Of a DNA stretch of 64,000 bases, positions 11,150-25,695 are shown piece by piece. A model generated the notes under the pieces. The model saw nothing but the letters and a program-made list of their open reading frames with translations, had not been told where the DNA came from and ran no database searches. This DNA is from Lophium mytilinum. Its lineage: Eukaryota. The number at the start of each line of letters is the position of its first letter. The first letter of the stretch is position 1. A program made the translations under genes and the position numbers. The DNA lies in the NCBI GenBank assembly GCA_010093605.1, contig MU004183.1, forward strand, positions 1,612,001 to 1,676,000, given 5' to 3'.

Positions 11150-12986
11150 ATGCCATCTTCTCTCCCTCTCGACACCCCCATGGCCGCAACTACCACACTG
11201 GTGGATCTGCTGTCCAACACCCTGGTCTTGCGCCAGACGGCGCCCTATCTGCCCGCGTCCGGGCTGCTTGCCCTAGCAGCCACCTCCAAGGCCTTCCGCA
11301 GCCTCGTGCAACAGTCTCCCGACGTCTTCCGCTATCTCGAGCTCTCCGACGTCAAGTCCACATGGCCCAACTACGTGCCGCTAGACTCTGGTGGGATCAC
11401 ATGGCGCAACCAGCGCATGGATGAATCCCTAACCGAAGACGAATTCTACTCTGGCCCCATCCGTGGCGTCTTTGCACACCTCCAGCGCGCCAACTTCCTC
11501 AAGAACGTGCACACATTGGTCTTGGATGGCCTGTCCGTACCTGCAGATCTCGTGCAGGAGATCATAGCAGAGGATCGCTTCAATGTCCGCATTCTCTCTA
11601 TTAGAGAGGTTGTGAACCTGAACGAACGAAAGCTCATGGACGTCTTGAAGTATGCTGTCCGCCCAACTAGACCAGAGGGTACCCCCAAGCTCAAGGGTCT
11701 CTATGTCTTTGGGACCCGAAAGCTCGACTACGACCTGGTTGATCACTCCCCGAAGAAAAAGAAACCTCCGCCTGGCGCCGAGTGGAACCATCGCTCAGCG
11801 GATGCCCTCAACGCCTCCCTTGCCCGCACCAAAGATCAATGGTATCAAAGCCATGGCAACATGATACATAGGCGTGTTCCTCACGAATGGGGCCCTACGC
11901 TCCAGGCTTGCGAAGGCATCATTTTCTTTGACGCTGTTCTCTGTCGAGGACCTCGTCACGATGCTTCAAAAGCTTACATCCAGGAGGGACAAAGCAGCGG
12001 CGAGCCGCATCCCTTTGGGTACCTTCCCCCGGCCATTGCCACCGTCGCTTTGGGACCATCAGGTTGCGCTAGTTGCCACTCGACCCCGGAAGGACCAGCA
12101 ATATTTGGACAATCTCCAGCGTCCCATCTTCCCCTTTTGAGCCCTCCACCTCGCCAATCAGCTACGATACGTGCAGCTCAAGAACCCATCACCACGGACG
12201 GCTCTGGACCACCGCCTCTGATCGTCCGATGTGTAGACTGCCTCAAAGGACGCTGGTGTGAGCGTTGCCACAAGTGGTGGGACGAGAACTGCTATGCAGG
12301 CTCGTCAGTGACAGGTCGCACCGAACTCCAACAGACCGAATACTTCGAGGAGAAGATCGATATCGATATTGCGGTTGAACAAGAAATCAAGGTACTTGCA
12401 AACCTTTGCTTTCCTCACTGCTTCGCCAGCGTCATCGTGCCCAAGTGCAAGGCGCTGGCAGCAAGGATCACCGCTACCTTGGCGCACGAACGGGGAGAGA
12501 CGGCCGAAGCAAGCAGCAGTTCTGCGAGCTAGTTGGATCCGGATCACAACCATTCTTTGGTTGAACCTGCGAACCGACTATGTGCAAACAGCCTTGACAT
12601 CCGGTCGTGGCGCGCCAAAGTATGCTCGCTCCATCGTCAAGGGGAAAAGGCTAACCTGCTGTGATTCAGATGATTGGCGTCAAGCGGGACTGTTTTGGGT
12701 GCGGATTCACTGTATGCACCCTTTTCTTACTTCGATCAATCAAAGTTCGTTCATCCAAATAACCTGGGATAGTGCTTCGAATGCAAGGAAACATACATCC
12801 GCAAGTGCGGCAAGTGCGGCAACGAATTCTGTCCTGTGGACAACGAGAATTCCTCAGCCACTACCGTGGGTTTATTTTCTCCTCTAGTATCGCCCTCTCC
12901 TTTCCCAATTGATTAGTCATAAAACTAATAACCCGCAGTGCGACTGGTGCAGATACACCGGACGACGAACGAGGGAACCTTACTAG
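11150..12986 (+). CDS. Conserved fungal protein with F-box-like N-terminus and Cys-rich C-terminus, 4 exons
   Basis: Exons 11150-12391, 12670-12711, 12773-12865 and 12939-12986 join in frame, ending ...CFECKETYIRKCGKCGNEFC...CDWCRYTGRRTREPY*. N-terminal 'LLSNTLVLRQTAPYLPASGLLALAATSKAFR'. Confidence 0.75.
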
Positions 12987-13726
12987 ATTATGCATTAGCG
13001 ACGGCGAAGAAAAGCGAGCGGGCATTTTGACTTTCCTGCTCTTATACTTGGGTTTGATTCTTGAATAGCGAACGGAGGACGGCGAGACTGGTTGGGAAGG
13101 TGAATATCCCATCTCCATTTTTACGACGCGGCGGCCGTCTGGCATGACGAAGATACCCCACTCTATTGCAATAAAAAACGGTTTGATGTTCTAGCTGAAG
13201 GTCTTTGCTAAAGCGTGCGTGTTGGTGAATGCGCTGTCTGCTCTTTCGTCTAAGTCCACGCGATGTTGTTTTCACTGAATTGATCGTGAGCGAGGGCACG
13301 TGAGTAAGTTGACGGCTCTGGTATAGGCCCTCATCTCCTCTATACAGTACATTGAGAACATCGCCGCTGGGCTGACCAGAGCTACTGAGCGCTTCTACGC
13401 CGTCTCTTAGATATATTCATCGCCGTTGACTAGCTCATCTCTCCTTAGATGCCTTTAGCAGTGTCCAATACCACTGATGTCGATAAAGCAGAAGCAGGAG
13501 TGAATGATAACGAGAGTGAAGGCATGAAATAATAACGGCTGTCCCTCACGGATGATGATGGTTTGAAGACATTCGCGCGGCCATATTCTGTGCCTGCAAA
13601 TGATGCTGGGTGCTGGCCATCGCGCCTTCTATTTTGGCATTCTTCCCTTCCCAGGCCGCCACGCTCGACAGCTCCTCAACCTCCCCATGAAGGTAATGAC
13701 GCCGCCCAATTCTCGTTCCCAGAGCC

Positions 13727-15716
13727 ATGCTAAGACAGCCCAACAGTAGACAGAGATTCGAAGCAATTCTAGCCCACTGGGAAGCCCTCCAGGCCACCGA
13801 CTGCACCCCGCCAGCACCCAAGATGGGAGGCCGCAAGGCGAAACCTCACGATGGTACCAATCTCCCGGACAGCGGCAGTGAGAGCCAGCATCGCAAGCTT
13901 TATCGATTCAGCTCCATCACATCCTTCATGTCGCCGCAGACCTCCTTCATGTCCAAAACGTTTCTCCGCAAGAAGCAGGCACGCAACTCTGCTGCCAACG
14001 TCTCCACGACCACGCTCTTGGGTGCCGCCGAATCCGAAGCACTACTGGGCCCAAACAATCAGTCGCCCGACGCTATGCGCGTCTCGAATCTGATCTCTCC
14101 TATGAGGTTCTCGCCCGTGGGCTACACGCCGCCGGCGTCGGATGACGAGTGGCCGTCCACCACGCTCCCGCGAAGCAAGACGATGAGCAACATACCTGTG
14201 CCTGCTAGCAGGAGTCGCGCCTCCTCAAACGCTCAGTCGACCACTTCGATTGTCTCTCGCACTTCTACTGCTTTTCGTCGTACTCGTATTCCTACACCAG
14301 CCAAAAACATCGACCAACGAAATTCAAAGTACGTTGCAGCCGGCAACGCCTTCGCGCAAACCGAGTCCACACGAATCAAAGCTACTCGGTCACATACTAC
14401 ACCGAACCTTCTTGCAGGCATCAACAAACCCCACAATGCGTTCATGATACAGCGGAAGTCTCTATATGAGACGAAGCCCGTGACGCCGGTCGTGACCAGG
14501 AAATCGAACAAGGAGAATATCAGACGGACTAGCAAAGATGGAGGCTACTCACAGCTAGAGGACAGAACAACGAGGAGAGATAGTAGATTCCTCGAGAGAC
14601 TCGATTACCAGCAGCAGACGGCGTTCAAAGGCAAGGGGAAACAAGCTGCACGGAACACATCTTTCTTGAGCAACACTCCTCCGAGGAATTCGAACGATAG
14701 AGTACGAACACCACCGACTGTGAAGCGTTACCGACCTACAGCTGCTTCGCAGTCTATGAGCAAGCTCCCACGTCTTTCCTCCTCCCATGAGATTACGCAG
14801 GTCAAACTGATGGGCCCTCGCAATCCGCCCACTCCACCAACACCCAGGACTCCCGGTGTGCCTCGCATACCATCTTTCGAGAACTTCGCAGCAACTCGCA
14901 ACGCTAAGCACGGCCCTACTGCTGCCATACGTAGGAAACCACCAACCACCTCCCTAGGAAATCGGAGGGTATCCTCGCAGTCTTCTGTGAGACTGGGCCG
15001 GGAGGTGCGTTCCAAATCAATGGGCATGCTGGGAGAATCCATACCCCCTGTCCCACCCATTCCCGTCAAGTATCTTACACCACCTGGCCGTATCCTGCCC
15101 TTACCCAGACCACGACCAAGACCACTACCAAACCGTCTCGAACACCTGCTTGAAGAGGCAGTGGCTGACAGCAAGCCCGAGTCCTTCATTAGCTTTGCTG
15201 ACTTTGTTGGATTGCGGCAGATCAGCCAGTCGATGCCCATGGCGTACTGGTGCGGCCGCTTCACGACGCTCTCGGACCAGTTCCGCACCGCCGAGTTTGA
15301 TCGCGCGCTGCGACCGATTGACGACACGGACGACAGCGATGCCGCGGACGTCTCTGCCGAGCGGAGGTATAAGATGGTGTTTAAGGAGCTGCAGAGCCTG
15401 TGCGTGACCACCGAGGCTAAAGAGAGTCTGAGGGTAAGCATCTCATTCATTATTTAATCTGGGGAAGAAACTTACACGAACATCCTACCCGCAGTCTTTC
15501 CAGATGAAGTTCGCAATGGACCACAAAATCATCTCGCTCATTCCTGGACCTGTCGAGCCTATCATGACTGCCTTTCGAACCCGTATCTTGACGGATGCGT
15601 CGTCGACTACTTTATCCTCGGCCGGTTCTTCTTCGCGCAAGTCGTCCTTCATCGAGCGGCTTATGGGCAGGAGTCGGAAATCGAGTAGCTCGTCGGCGGC
15701 GGAGAAGGAGTCGTAG
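13727..15716 (+). CDS. Hypothetical Ser/Thr/Pro/Arg-rich protein with a small C-terminal domain
   Basis: 576-aa ORF, an intron at about 15433-15494 (GTAAGC...GCAG) and a terminal exon to 15716. Globular-looking motif 'MPMAYWCGRFTTLSDQF...FKELQSLCVTTEAKESL'. Confidence 0.7.
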
Positions 15717-16315
15717 GGCGAGGGGGAACATGGGGTGATGTGAGGATGAGATGACGCGAGGGTGAACTACGAGCGTTGAGTGTAAGATATGATGTTTGAG
15801 CCTTTTCTTCCCTTTTGCGGTGCTTGCGAGCGCGATGTAGGCAGTGGAGCGACGTTATTGGTGTTGCAGTTCTTGAGGAGAGGTAACGTTTTGAGCGCCG
15901 AGTCACAAAAAAATACGAGAAGGGATTACGGGAGTCGATTGAGATTTTCGTAAGAAAAGCAGATGGGAGAAGTCGAGCGATCAGTTCGAGTGTCTAGTTT
16001 GGCGCAGGCTGGGTTTCGGAGGGCGGAAAAGGGTGTTGCTTCAGCTGAGACGTTACGCTGACGGATAGGAAGCTTCTTGGAGGAAATACACTGCACTACT
16101 GAAAAATCTTGCCTTGTCATGATGATGAAAATAGATTGAACGCCGCACCTACTCATGGCTAGAGAAATACCCTTGGTGTCCATCCAAGGCCTCTGGACAC
16201 CAGAAAACGCCTTGCAATGCTTCTCCCAACCCAGAGTCTAAACAGACCATACGCACCGCACCCTACCTACCCAAAGAATCTCACCTCAATAATGAACCTC
16301 AACCACACAACCCTC

Positions 16316-17911
16316 TTACCTCTTCTCCTTCTTACTCACCAAATACGCCGAAATCTGCTCAAGCCGATCCACGAAAAACACCCTCTTCTGATCACTTTTC
16401 CACGTCAGCACGCCCAAACTCTCCGCATAGCCCAGCGTATCCTGGTACTCCTTCTCACTGCTAAAATCCTTCATGAGATGGCCGTGCGTCGCCTCGATGC
16501 GCTCGCCTTCGTACTCCCACAGCCGGATCTGGTCCATGACGGTGGGCGGCAGCACGGGGTTATTCTTCTGCATCTGTGGGTGGGCATGGGCGGTGAGGTA
16601 GTCGATGATCTGGCGGGCCTCGATGCCGAGCTTGATGGCGCGCTGGATGCTGTCCTTTGTGAGTTTTCCGGACACAAGGTTGGGGAAGCGGGAGGAGAGG
16701 CGGGCGAAGAGGGAGAGGACGGCGATTTGGAGATGCGAGGAGGTGTAGGCGTAGATGCGGTAGTTGGTTTCGACGATGATGTAGCCTTTGCCCGGGGCGG
16801 TGGAGGGGCGCAGGGCGTTGGAGAAGGTGGTGGAGGTGGTTTGGAGCGCGCCGGCGTCCGAGGTCAGGGTCGTGGCGAGGCGGGTGGGGTAGAAGCGGGA
16901 GGAGGTTTTGGAGCTGCGGTAGACGATGCCGAAGTCGTTGAGGTCTTCGAGCATTTGGAGCTGGGTGGGGGAGAGGGTGGCGGTGCTGTAGTCTTGGCCG
17001 AGGGAGAGGCTGCCGAGCATGAAGATGAAGGAGAGGACGTCGACTTCGTTCATGCCGAGCTTTGGAATTGTTAGGGACACCCTAGCGCGAAAATGACAAA
17101 GGAGATCAGATGGGAGCAGTGGAAGTAAATGTTGGCTTACCTCTGGCGCTTGCTTCAGGTAGACGATTAGTAGACTCCAGACTTGGGCATTGGCCTCTTG
17201 GAGCAGGAATGTGAAGCCGGTCTTCGTGATTGTTCCGTGATTTGCACGCGTCACAAAGTCTCCAATCTCGAGGAGCTTTCTTGTCCCATTCCCCACAGTT
17301 TCCCCAAGGCCGGTGCTGTCTCTCAGCCCGCTCGTAGATCCGACCATGAAGTATAGAATCGCCTCCCATTGCTTCCGCGCAAACTGGTCCAGAAAAGCAA
17401 TGTCGACATCGTTCTTGTCCGGAGTACTGCTCGGAACACCGAAAGACTTGTGGTTGCCTCCGCCGGTAAGAGCTTGTCGGAGGGAGTTCGCGAACCCGCT
17501 TTCGAGTCGATACGATAGCGACTTTGAGGACTCCTGGCTGTGAGTTATGATGTGGAGGGATTGGAGAACCGAGATCGCCTTTTCTCTCTCCCTGTAATGG
17601 ATTTAGCTTTGCTTCGTGACTTTCATATAGTCTCGTACCCTTTTGAGTTCGCGCGAATCCAGTGATCTAGGTCGCCGATGGTGAATGCACGCGGCATGTA
17701 CAGCATGGCCATAACGATGGTCTTGGCTGCAGTATGGCAGACAGTCAGTGAAATGATTCAAGCATTCGAAACTGCTGGGCTACTGACCCAAGTGAGGCAA
17801 CATGCATCGGAACACAGCCAGAGCCGTGGATGGCTGCTCATAGAGCTTCTGGTGAGTTATCTGCGTCTGTCCCTCGAGGTAGTCGAGTGCTTGGGAGGTG
17901 GACGCCGACAT
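16316..17911 (-). CDS. TFB2: RNA polymerase II transcription factor TFIIH subunit p52, 4 exons
   Basis: 'LYEQPSTALAVFR', 'ITKTGFTFLLQEANAQVW', 'IIVETNYRIYAYTSS' and 'LPPTVMDQIRLWEYE'. One in-frame 81-nt intron at 17060-17140 (GTAAGC...CTAAC...AAG) and two 5' introns. Confidence 0.95.
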
Positions 17912-18174
17912 CGTGGGTGATGCTGGGTCGTTGGTTGCAAGTGTGTTACCTGAGTATCATCGTCTGCTGGAATTTAAGCTGAACAAGGCGCGTCCAGGCG
18001 CTCAAGTTCATGAAAGCAGTGACGTTGTAGCTTTCTTCTCGGTGAACTTCATTGTTGCGGGCGGAGATCAACCGAGCTCGTTCCACCCCCCTCCCAGCGG
18101 AGGCTCGGCATTGATCTCTCCCAACCTGGAGACAATCCACCTCTGTCCAATCGAGCGAACAGAGTGTTGAAGCA

Positions 18175-19214
18175 ATGCCTGCCCTTAAATTCGTTCGTTC
18201 CGTGAGTTGTCAGTGCTGCTAATCTCTCTGGGCTGATTTCACTGACCAATCTAGGTCTGGGAGTCCTTCCGGGCCTCCTCGGGTCTTGAGCCAAGGTAAT
18301 TCACCATACAGCCTATCATTTCTTTCATTTCGACTGATCAGTGATCTTTCGTAAGGCTGCTGGATGGCGTGAGTGATCAAGCTTTGTGATAACACAAGAT
18401 TGCTATTTATCTAAGCACCATTATCTAGCTTCGAGTAACCCACGCCGTACCCGGCAAAGTCAAATTCGAGCTAGACATTGAGAAGCAGCATACAGTAAGC
18501 AATTTCATTCATACCTCTAATACACTTCAAGTTTCTTTGCACAGGGAAACCGCTCATATATTCATAACATTTGACCAAAGCCGTTTCCTAACGGCGTCAT
18601 GTAGAACAGACTCAGCATCCTCCACGGCGGTACAATAGCAAGCATGGGTACCTTCCCCTTCCTAATATCATCATCCCCCTAGACTAAAGTACTCCTAGTG
18701 GACCTCGGTGGCTCTCTAGCAGTAGCATCCCGCGGCCTTTATGCAACCGGTGTCTCCACGGATCTGAACGGTACCTTGCCATACCCAACCTACGCTATAC
18801 CAATGAATGCTAATAACCCAAAGTAACCTACCTCTCCTCCGGTGGCAAAACAGGCGACTTGATCAAAGCCGTACGAGCCCTTCCTTTTCTCTATTTCTCT
18901 CTTCCTTTCCCTACTAACACACCCTAGGAAGCCTCCTGCGATAAATGTAAGCAACCCCCATCTCCACGCCGAGATCCAGCAAACCCAATCCCCACTAACA
19001 CAGCACAGTTGGCAAAACGTTAGCATTCACGTCCATCAAATTCATGAATCAGAAGGACGAGGTATTCGCGCGGGGGAGTCATACGAAGTGAGTTTGGGTA
19101 TATGAAACGAGTAGATTGAAGCAAGCTGACATGCGTAGGTATGTGGCGTTAGCGTGGAAGGATCCGAAGAACATTGTGGACGAGCTGAGTCCGAAGGTGG
19201 CCAAAGGGTCGTGA
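18175..19214 (+). CDS. Hot-dog-fold acyl-CoA thioesterase (PaaI/ACOT13-THEM2 family), 10 exons; absent from ORF track
   Basis: Manual splicing gives MPALKFVRSVWESFRASSGLEPRLLDGLRVTHAVPGKVKFELDIEKQHTNRLSILHGGTIASMVDLGGSLAVASRGLYATGVSTDLNVTYLSSGGKTGDLIKAEASCDKFGKTLAFTSIKFMNQKDEVFARGSHTKYVALAWKDPKNIVDELSPKVAKGS*, with the NxxxxLHGG motif. Confidence 0.9.
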
Positions 19215-19750
19215 GAGTAGATCGGGAGATTTATGTGCATATTTCGCCGAGGGAGGAGTCGCTCTGATCTCGATGAGTTCGGTAGAGCGTGCTACATTGA
19301 CTTGGGGTGGTTTGTAGCATAGAACATGACGTCCAACCTGCTGTTGAAGACCAGAATGATCTCGTGAAGCTTGCATTCCAAGACAGTAACTACCACCAAC
19401 CTACGCATGCCGAAGTGTCGATGAAGACAGATACTAAACCAGCCAAGTTGTTGTGAGTATTATTTTGGATTTGATGGTCGGAAAGGAGCTTGCCCGTCTC
19501 CTCCGTTTTCGACGAGAGAACAGTATTTCCGCGAGGGTCTGCAGCTACTGCAACCTCCGGACGCCGTTCCCTAACTATCAGCCAGTTCCACGCTGTCTAG
19601 CCATTTGATAACCCCAGGAACTCGCTTATTGAATCCTAGAGAGGATAATCAGCACAAGTCGAATGAAGAGCCTATCCAACGCCCGATAGAATCGCTTTCA
19701 TCCGACTTGCAATGCGCCCGGTTCCCGAAATGTAGGTGTCGTTAATATGA

Positions 19751-20833
19751 CTAACCCCTATAAGCACCGCGACCTCTCCGGAAGTTTTGTCTCGGTTGTG
19801 TAGGTGGAGCTGGTGCGCCGTTTTCGTTGAAGCCGTATCGGCCGTCCGAGTAGTCCTCGTCGCGCGCATTGTTCTGACTGTCGTACCGCAACCGTCCCCT
19901 ATCCTGCTCATCCACATCCATAGCATCCCTATCCGGCCTCTGAGCCTGCGCGCTGGGTCCTGTGGGTGTCCGGGTGGTCGGTTGTGACGGCGGTCCGTAC
20001 TTCATGTACACGTAGAGGAGTCGTCCGTCCGCCTGGAGAGAGAGTTAGAGAACTGCAGCGCACTCGATAATCTGACTTTGCAATCACCTTCTTGTTGTTG
20101 AACGTGTCAATGACATTGTCGGCCCCTTCTCGATTTACGAACACCATTTCGGCGATTACAGTGGGTTCCTTGCTTGCCAGCTTGCACCCAAGCATTTCGC
20201 CCCCAATCGGCGCCATAACAGCCTCGATATCCGCGGCAGTCGTTCCAGGCGCAAAATTGCTCGCTATGACGGTGTACGGGCCTGCCATGCCCCGAATTGA
20301 GATGCCGCTCGCGCCGTTGGTTGCGTTCCCCCAGATATTGGCCTGCGCACTCAACGGACTCGGCTCGTCTGATCGTAGGTCGTTCACGAAGCGGTTGCTA
20401 CGTTGCTCGATGCGCGACGTAGATGCGGTCCTCGAGAGTTGGGCGACGCGAGCGCGCGGGTTGTTCTGAGCGTGTAGGTCGTGGCCCCATTTGCCGTTGA
20501 CGTTGGGTTTGGGAGCTGCGGAGGCCGAGCGCTATAATACAAGGCGGTTATACCTCTGATCTTTGATTCTGGGCGAGGTGGTTTTGTTACCTTCGTGATG
20601 CCCACTCTGCTTGCAAGGCTGGGGGTTTGCGACGGGTTCTTGCGCGCCCCGATTCCAGCTCCACTCCCCTTCTTTCCACGGCCGAAGATTTCACTTGCTA
20701 GGGCCTCGTTCTTCTTGCGCTTGCGAGCTGTAACGAATACCCATTAGCTTCCGCGACGAGCTCCTGTGGGTTCATGCGACTGACATTCTTGGATTATGGC
20801 GTCGAAGGACGCAGACTCTTTTCCAGCGGACAT
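19751..20833 (-). CDS. RRM-domain RNA-binding protein with WGHDLH motif and RG-rich tail, 4 exons
   Basis: Spliced MSAGKESASFDAIIQE...RKRKKNEALASEIFG...KWGHDLH..., followed by the RRM 'VIASNFAPGTTAADIE...FNNKKADGRLLYVYM' and ending RRGRGAYRG*. Confidence 0.8.
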
Positions 20834-21625
20834 AGCCTGAGATAGTATTAGGTAGAATATAAACCGAAAGAGGAATATTACTGAATGAGTGGCGCGAGAT
20901 TGTATGTGTTGTTGAACGGAAGGTTGGTGGGTTGAGAGCTTTCACGGAGGATGTGGTTGCGCCTGCCTCGTGGGACTTGTAAACGGAGCTCACGCCTTTT
21001 CGCGTTCTCTTGGCGGGGCGAGTCTTCTGCATAAATCCATGAAAGGGTCAACAGGGTCGCCTGCCCGCATTTATCGAACATGCAGCCCAAACAATACGCG
21101 CTTGTCAATGTGTATATCAAGAGATAGTTTAATTACTTTAAAATTTCTCTACGGGGTGTGATCCGCTTTCATATTACGGTCGTAACGCGGCGTCAAGCCT
21201 ACTAATTCCTTCACATATCCCTCCAAACTCTCTGTTGTAGAACAGTCGCGCTTCAGCCAACAGTTCATTCATCGCTGAACGCTCAAGCTCGCGCGCCTGC
21301 AAATCGCCCATTTTAATTACCACCGCAATAGCTCCATCCTCCTCCCAGCCCAACCCAATTGCGCCAGACGACAACTTCCAATAGTTGAACATATCCGAAA
21401 AACAGATTCAACGCCGTGCCCATGAGTGCTGGACAAATCTTGACAACTAAATGCAATGTAATGAGGTAGGGACCGAATATGGCACAGTAGAAGTGAAGTT
21501 TTCTGTCATGTTTTGATGAAAGCAAAGTGGTCGAATACGCCGATTTATGCATGATAATAGTCTTCTGTTAAGACAAATAGGTTCTAGGAGAGGTGGTGAG
21601 GTAGTCGGAAGAGATTGGTTGATGT

Positions 21626-22622
21626 TTAAAATACACCGAAGCTGCCGGCGAACCATCCGAAGGAAAGAACAGTAATCGCGCCCATGCCGAGGAGGAAGCT
21701 GAGTGTCTGTTGTTCGCTTCTTGAAAGAGCAGCGTTGCAAGTTGAGCAATGCCATGCTATAAATAGGATTAGCCATTGTGCGCAACCGAGAACTGGGAAG
21801 AAGTAAAACGTACCAGGGAATGATTCGTAAGGCTGCGGGGTGTACATTCCAAAGGTGTACTGGTTGTATACAGCTAGATATCCTGCCTTCGGTGTCGCAC
21901 TAACGCTGCTGTCCGCATCGTAGATCATGAGAGTGTAAGTTTCGGTCAGGAGTGGTAGAGTGCCGGTCGCTTGGTATGCGCCAGTATCCCATAGTACTTC
22001 ACCAGTCTCGTGGACAGTCTGGTTGACAGCAAGCGTGTATGTTCCTTGGTTGGCGGTGCAAGTGGCGAGGATGTCGATGGCCGTGGGTGTGACAGACAAG
22101 CTGGTGTAGTTCCAGGCAAAAGTGACCCAGTCGCCGACTTTGTAGTATTGTTGGCCAGCAATCGCAGCTGGGGTCACCATCTGGATACCCCCAGCCGGCA
22201 ATCGAGGATCGAAGTCGCTGATGGTTGCGTGTTTGGTGGCTTTGGTGCCGGTCGCTGAGCTCACTTTTCCAGTGACCTTTCCTGTGCTCTTTCCTGTACT
22301 CTCACTCTTCCCTGTGGACTTTGCATCTTTGTCTGTTGTTGCGGCGGCGCTTTCCCCGCTAGATGCTGCTGCGGAGTCGGTTGGCTGTGACGAGTCGGCC
22401 GTCGCGGAGGCTGTGGGTTCTGGTGAGGCCGAAGCTAGAAAAATGGTCAGAATGTGGCAATCTAATAGTTGATTGAGAGAACGCACATTTGTCTGCCCGG
22501 CCATAGATCAGTCCATCAACGTCGGCCATAGCCTTGACATTTTCGAATGCGTCGGGCCACGAGATGGCGCTGGAAAGGGATGAGAAGGTAAGGAGGGTTG
22601 CGAGGAGCTGCGAAGTTCGCAT
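21626..22622 (-). CDS. Conserved fungal secreted/membrane protein (signal peptide, Ser/Thr-rich stalk, C-terminal TM), 3 exons
   Basis: Signal peptide MRTSQLLATLLTFSSLSSA. Conserved-looking core 'DPRLPAGGIQMVTP...YYKVGDWVTFAWNYTSL...FGMYTPQPY'. Hydrophobic C-terminus. Confidence 0.8.
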
Positions 22623-23900
22623 TTTGGCGATGTGAGGAGGCTAGCAGAAGCTGCTATAGCGGAAGGTGTAGACACAAAGAGGCGGGTGGTTGTAGGCGAG
22701 GCGTTGAGGCTGTGGTACACGCAGGAGAGTCGTTCTCGGGTTGTTTTGAGGGGCCGAAGGAGGAACGTTGAGGTGCAGGAGAGTCTGACGCGTACACAAA
22801 GCTGATCTCCTCCGCCTAAACGAGTGACTGATGAAGAAGATTAGTAGGACGAACGAGAGAATAGAGAGATGTTTGTTCGGAGCACGAGTGAATTGCAGAT
22901 GGGAGGTGGTGACGGCGAGAGCGAAGGTGCTGGTGGAGAGAGTTGCTCGACAGGGGCGTGGCATGCATTTCTGTCCTAGTGCTGGCTAGGGAACGAGGGA
23001 ACGCCACCGACTATTTTTACATTTTGAGCCCATCCTCGGATCTCATCCCCAGCTCGAGGCCGTCACCACCTGGCCACCACCTGGCCACGAGCCATGTGAG
23101 CGGGCGGTCGATACCACGCTGACCGAGGCCACCACCCGTTGCTCTGCAACAGAGACGCTCCTCCGCAAGCCAGCTCCTGTGCCATCACTGCGCCGCCCGG
23201 AACTCCACCGTGCGCCCCCTTAAAGACTCCAGGGCCAGTACGAGGCTGCTTATTAGTTGAGCACGGTCACTGCGTATTCTGTGTTATCAACTCAAGTTTT
23301 GATGAAACCTTTTCGTCTCGTTTGATATCAGATTCTTAAGCTTTTCAATTCATCTAGTCTATTTTGTTCACTGCTTGTTTTAAATGTTTAGGAGGTTCTA
23401 GATCCGGTTCCTGCGCCTCCGATCTGGGCCGACCCTGGGTGCCTAATGCGGCTGGCAGGGCTCGTTTGGGCATCCTTCTCTGCTGACGCGCGAGACGCAG
23501 CTTGCCTAAGCTGTATGTACAGCACGTAGCTGAACATCCTCAAGGTTACTCCCAATGAACGAATTAACAGACCTCACGCTCTCGAAATACAGTACCCATA
23601 GCATGCGCCCGAAGACAATAAGCCATACTTTAACCTGCAGATACTTTTGCGTTTACAAATCAGCGTAAAGTACGACGATCAGATCATTGCGGCCGTTCGC
23701 CAACTTCAAGTCCACACAACTGATAGCTCAAAACCAATTGACAATTCTAAATTCCGCGAGAGTGGCTATCGACAAACAAGTATCTCTAAAGTTGAGTCTA
23801 GAGTACACAAAAGTACAAAATAACAACGTCAATAGCAAAACGGGTAAACAGAATACCCAGAGATGGTATCACACAGAATTTGCAAAGCCCGGCTCTCCCT

Positions 23901-25695
<1,795 letters not shown>

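Noticed and set aside
14728..15450. 240-aa minus-strand ORF
   Set aside because: Antisense to the 13727-15716 gene, with no independent evidence.
16217..17074. 285-aa plus-strand ORF
   Set aside because: Antisense shadow of the GC-rich, codon-biased TFB2 coding region, with no recognisable motifs.
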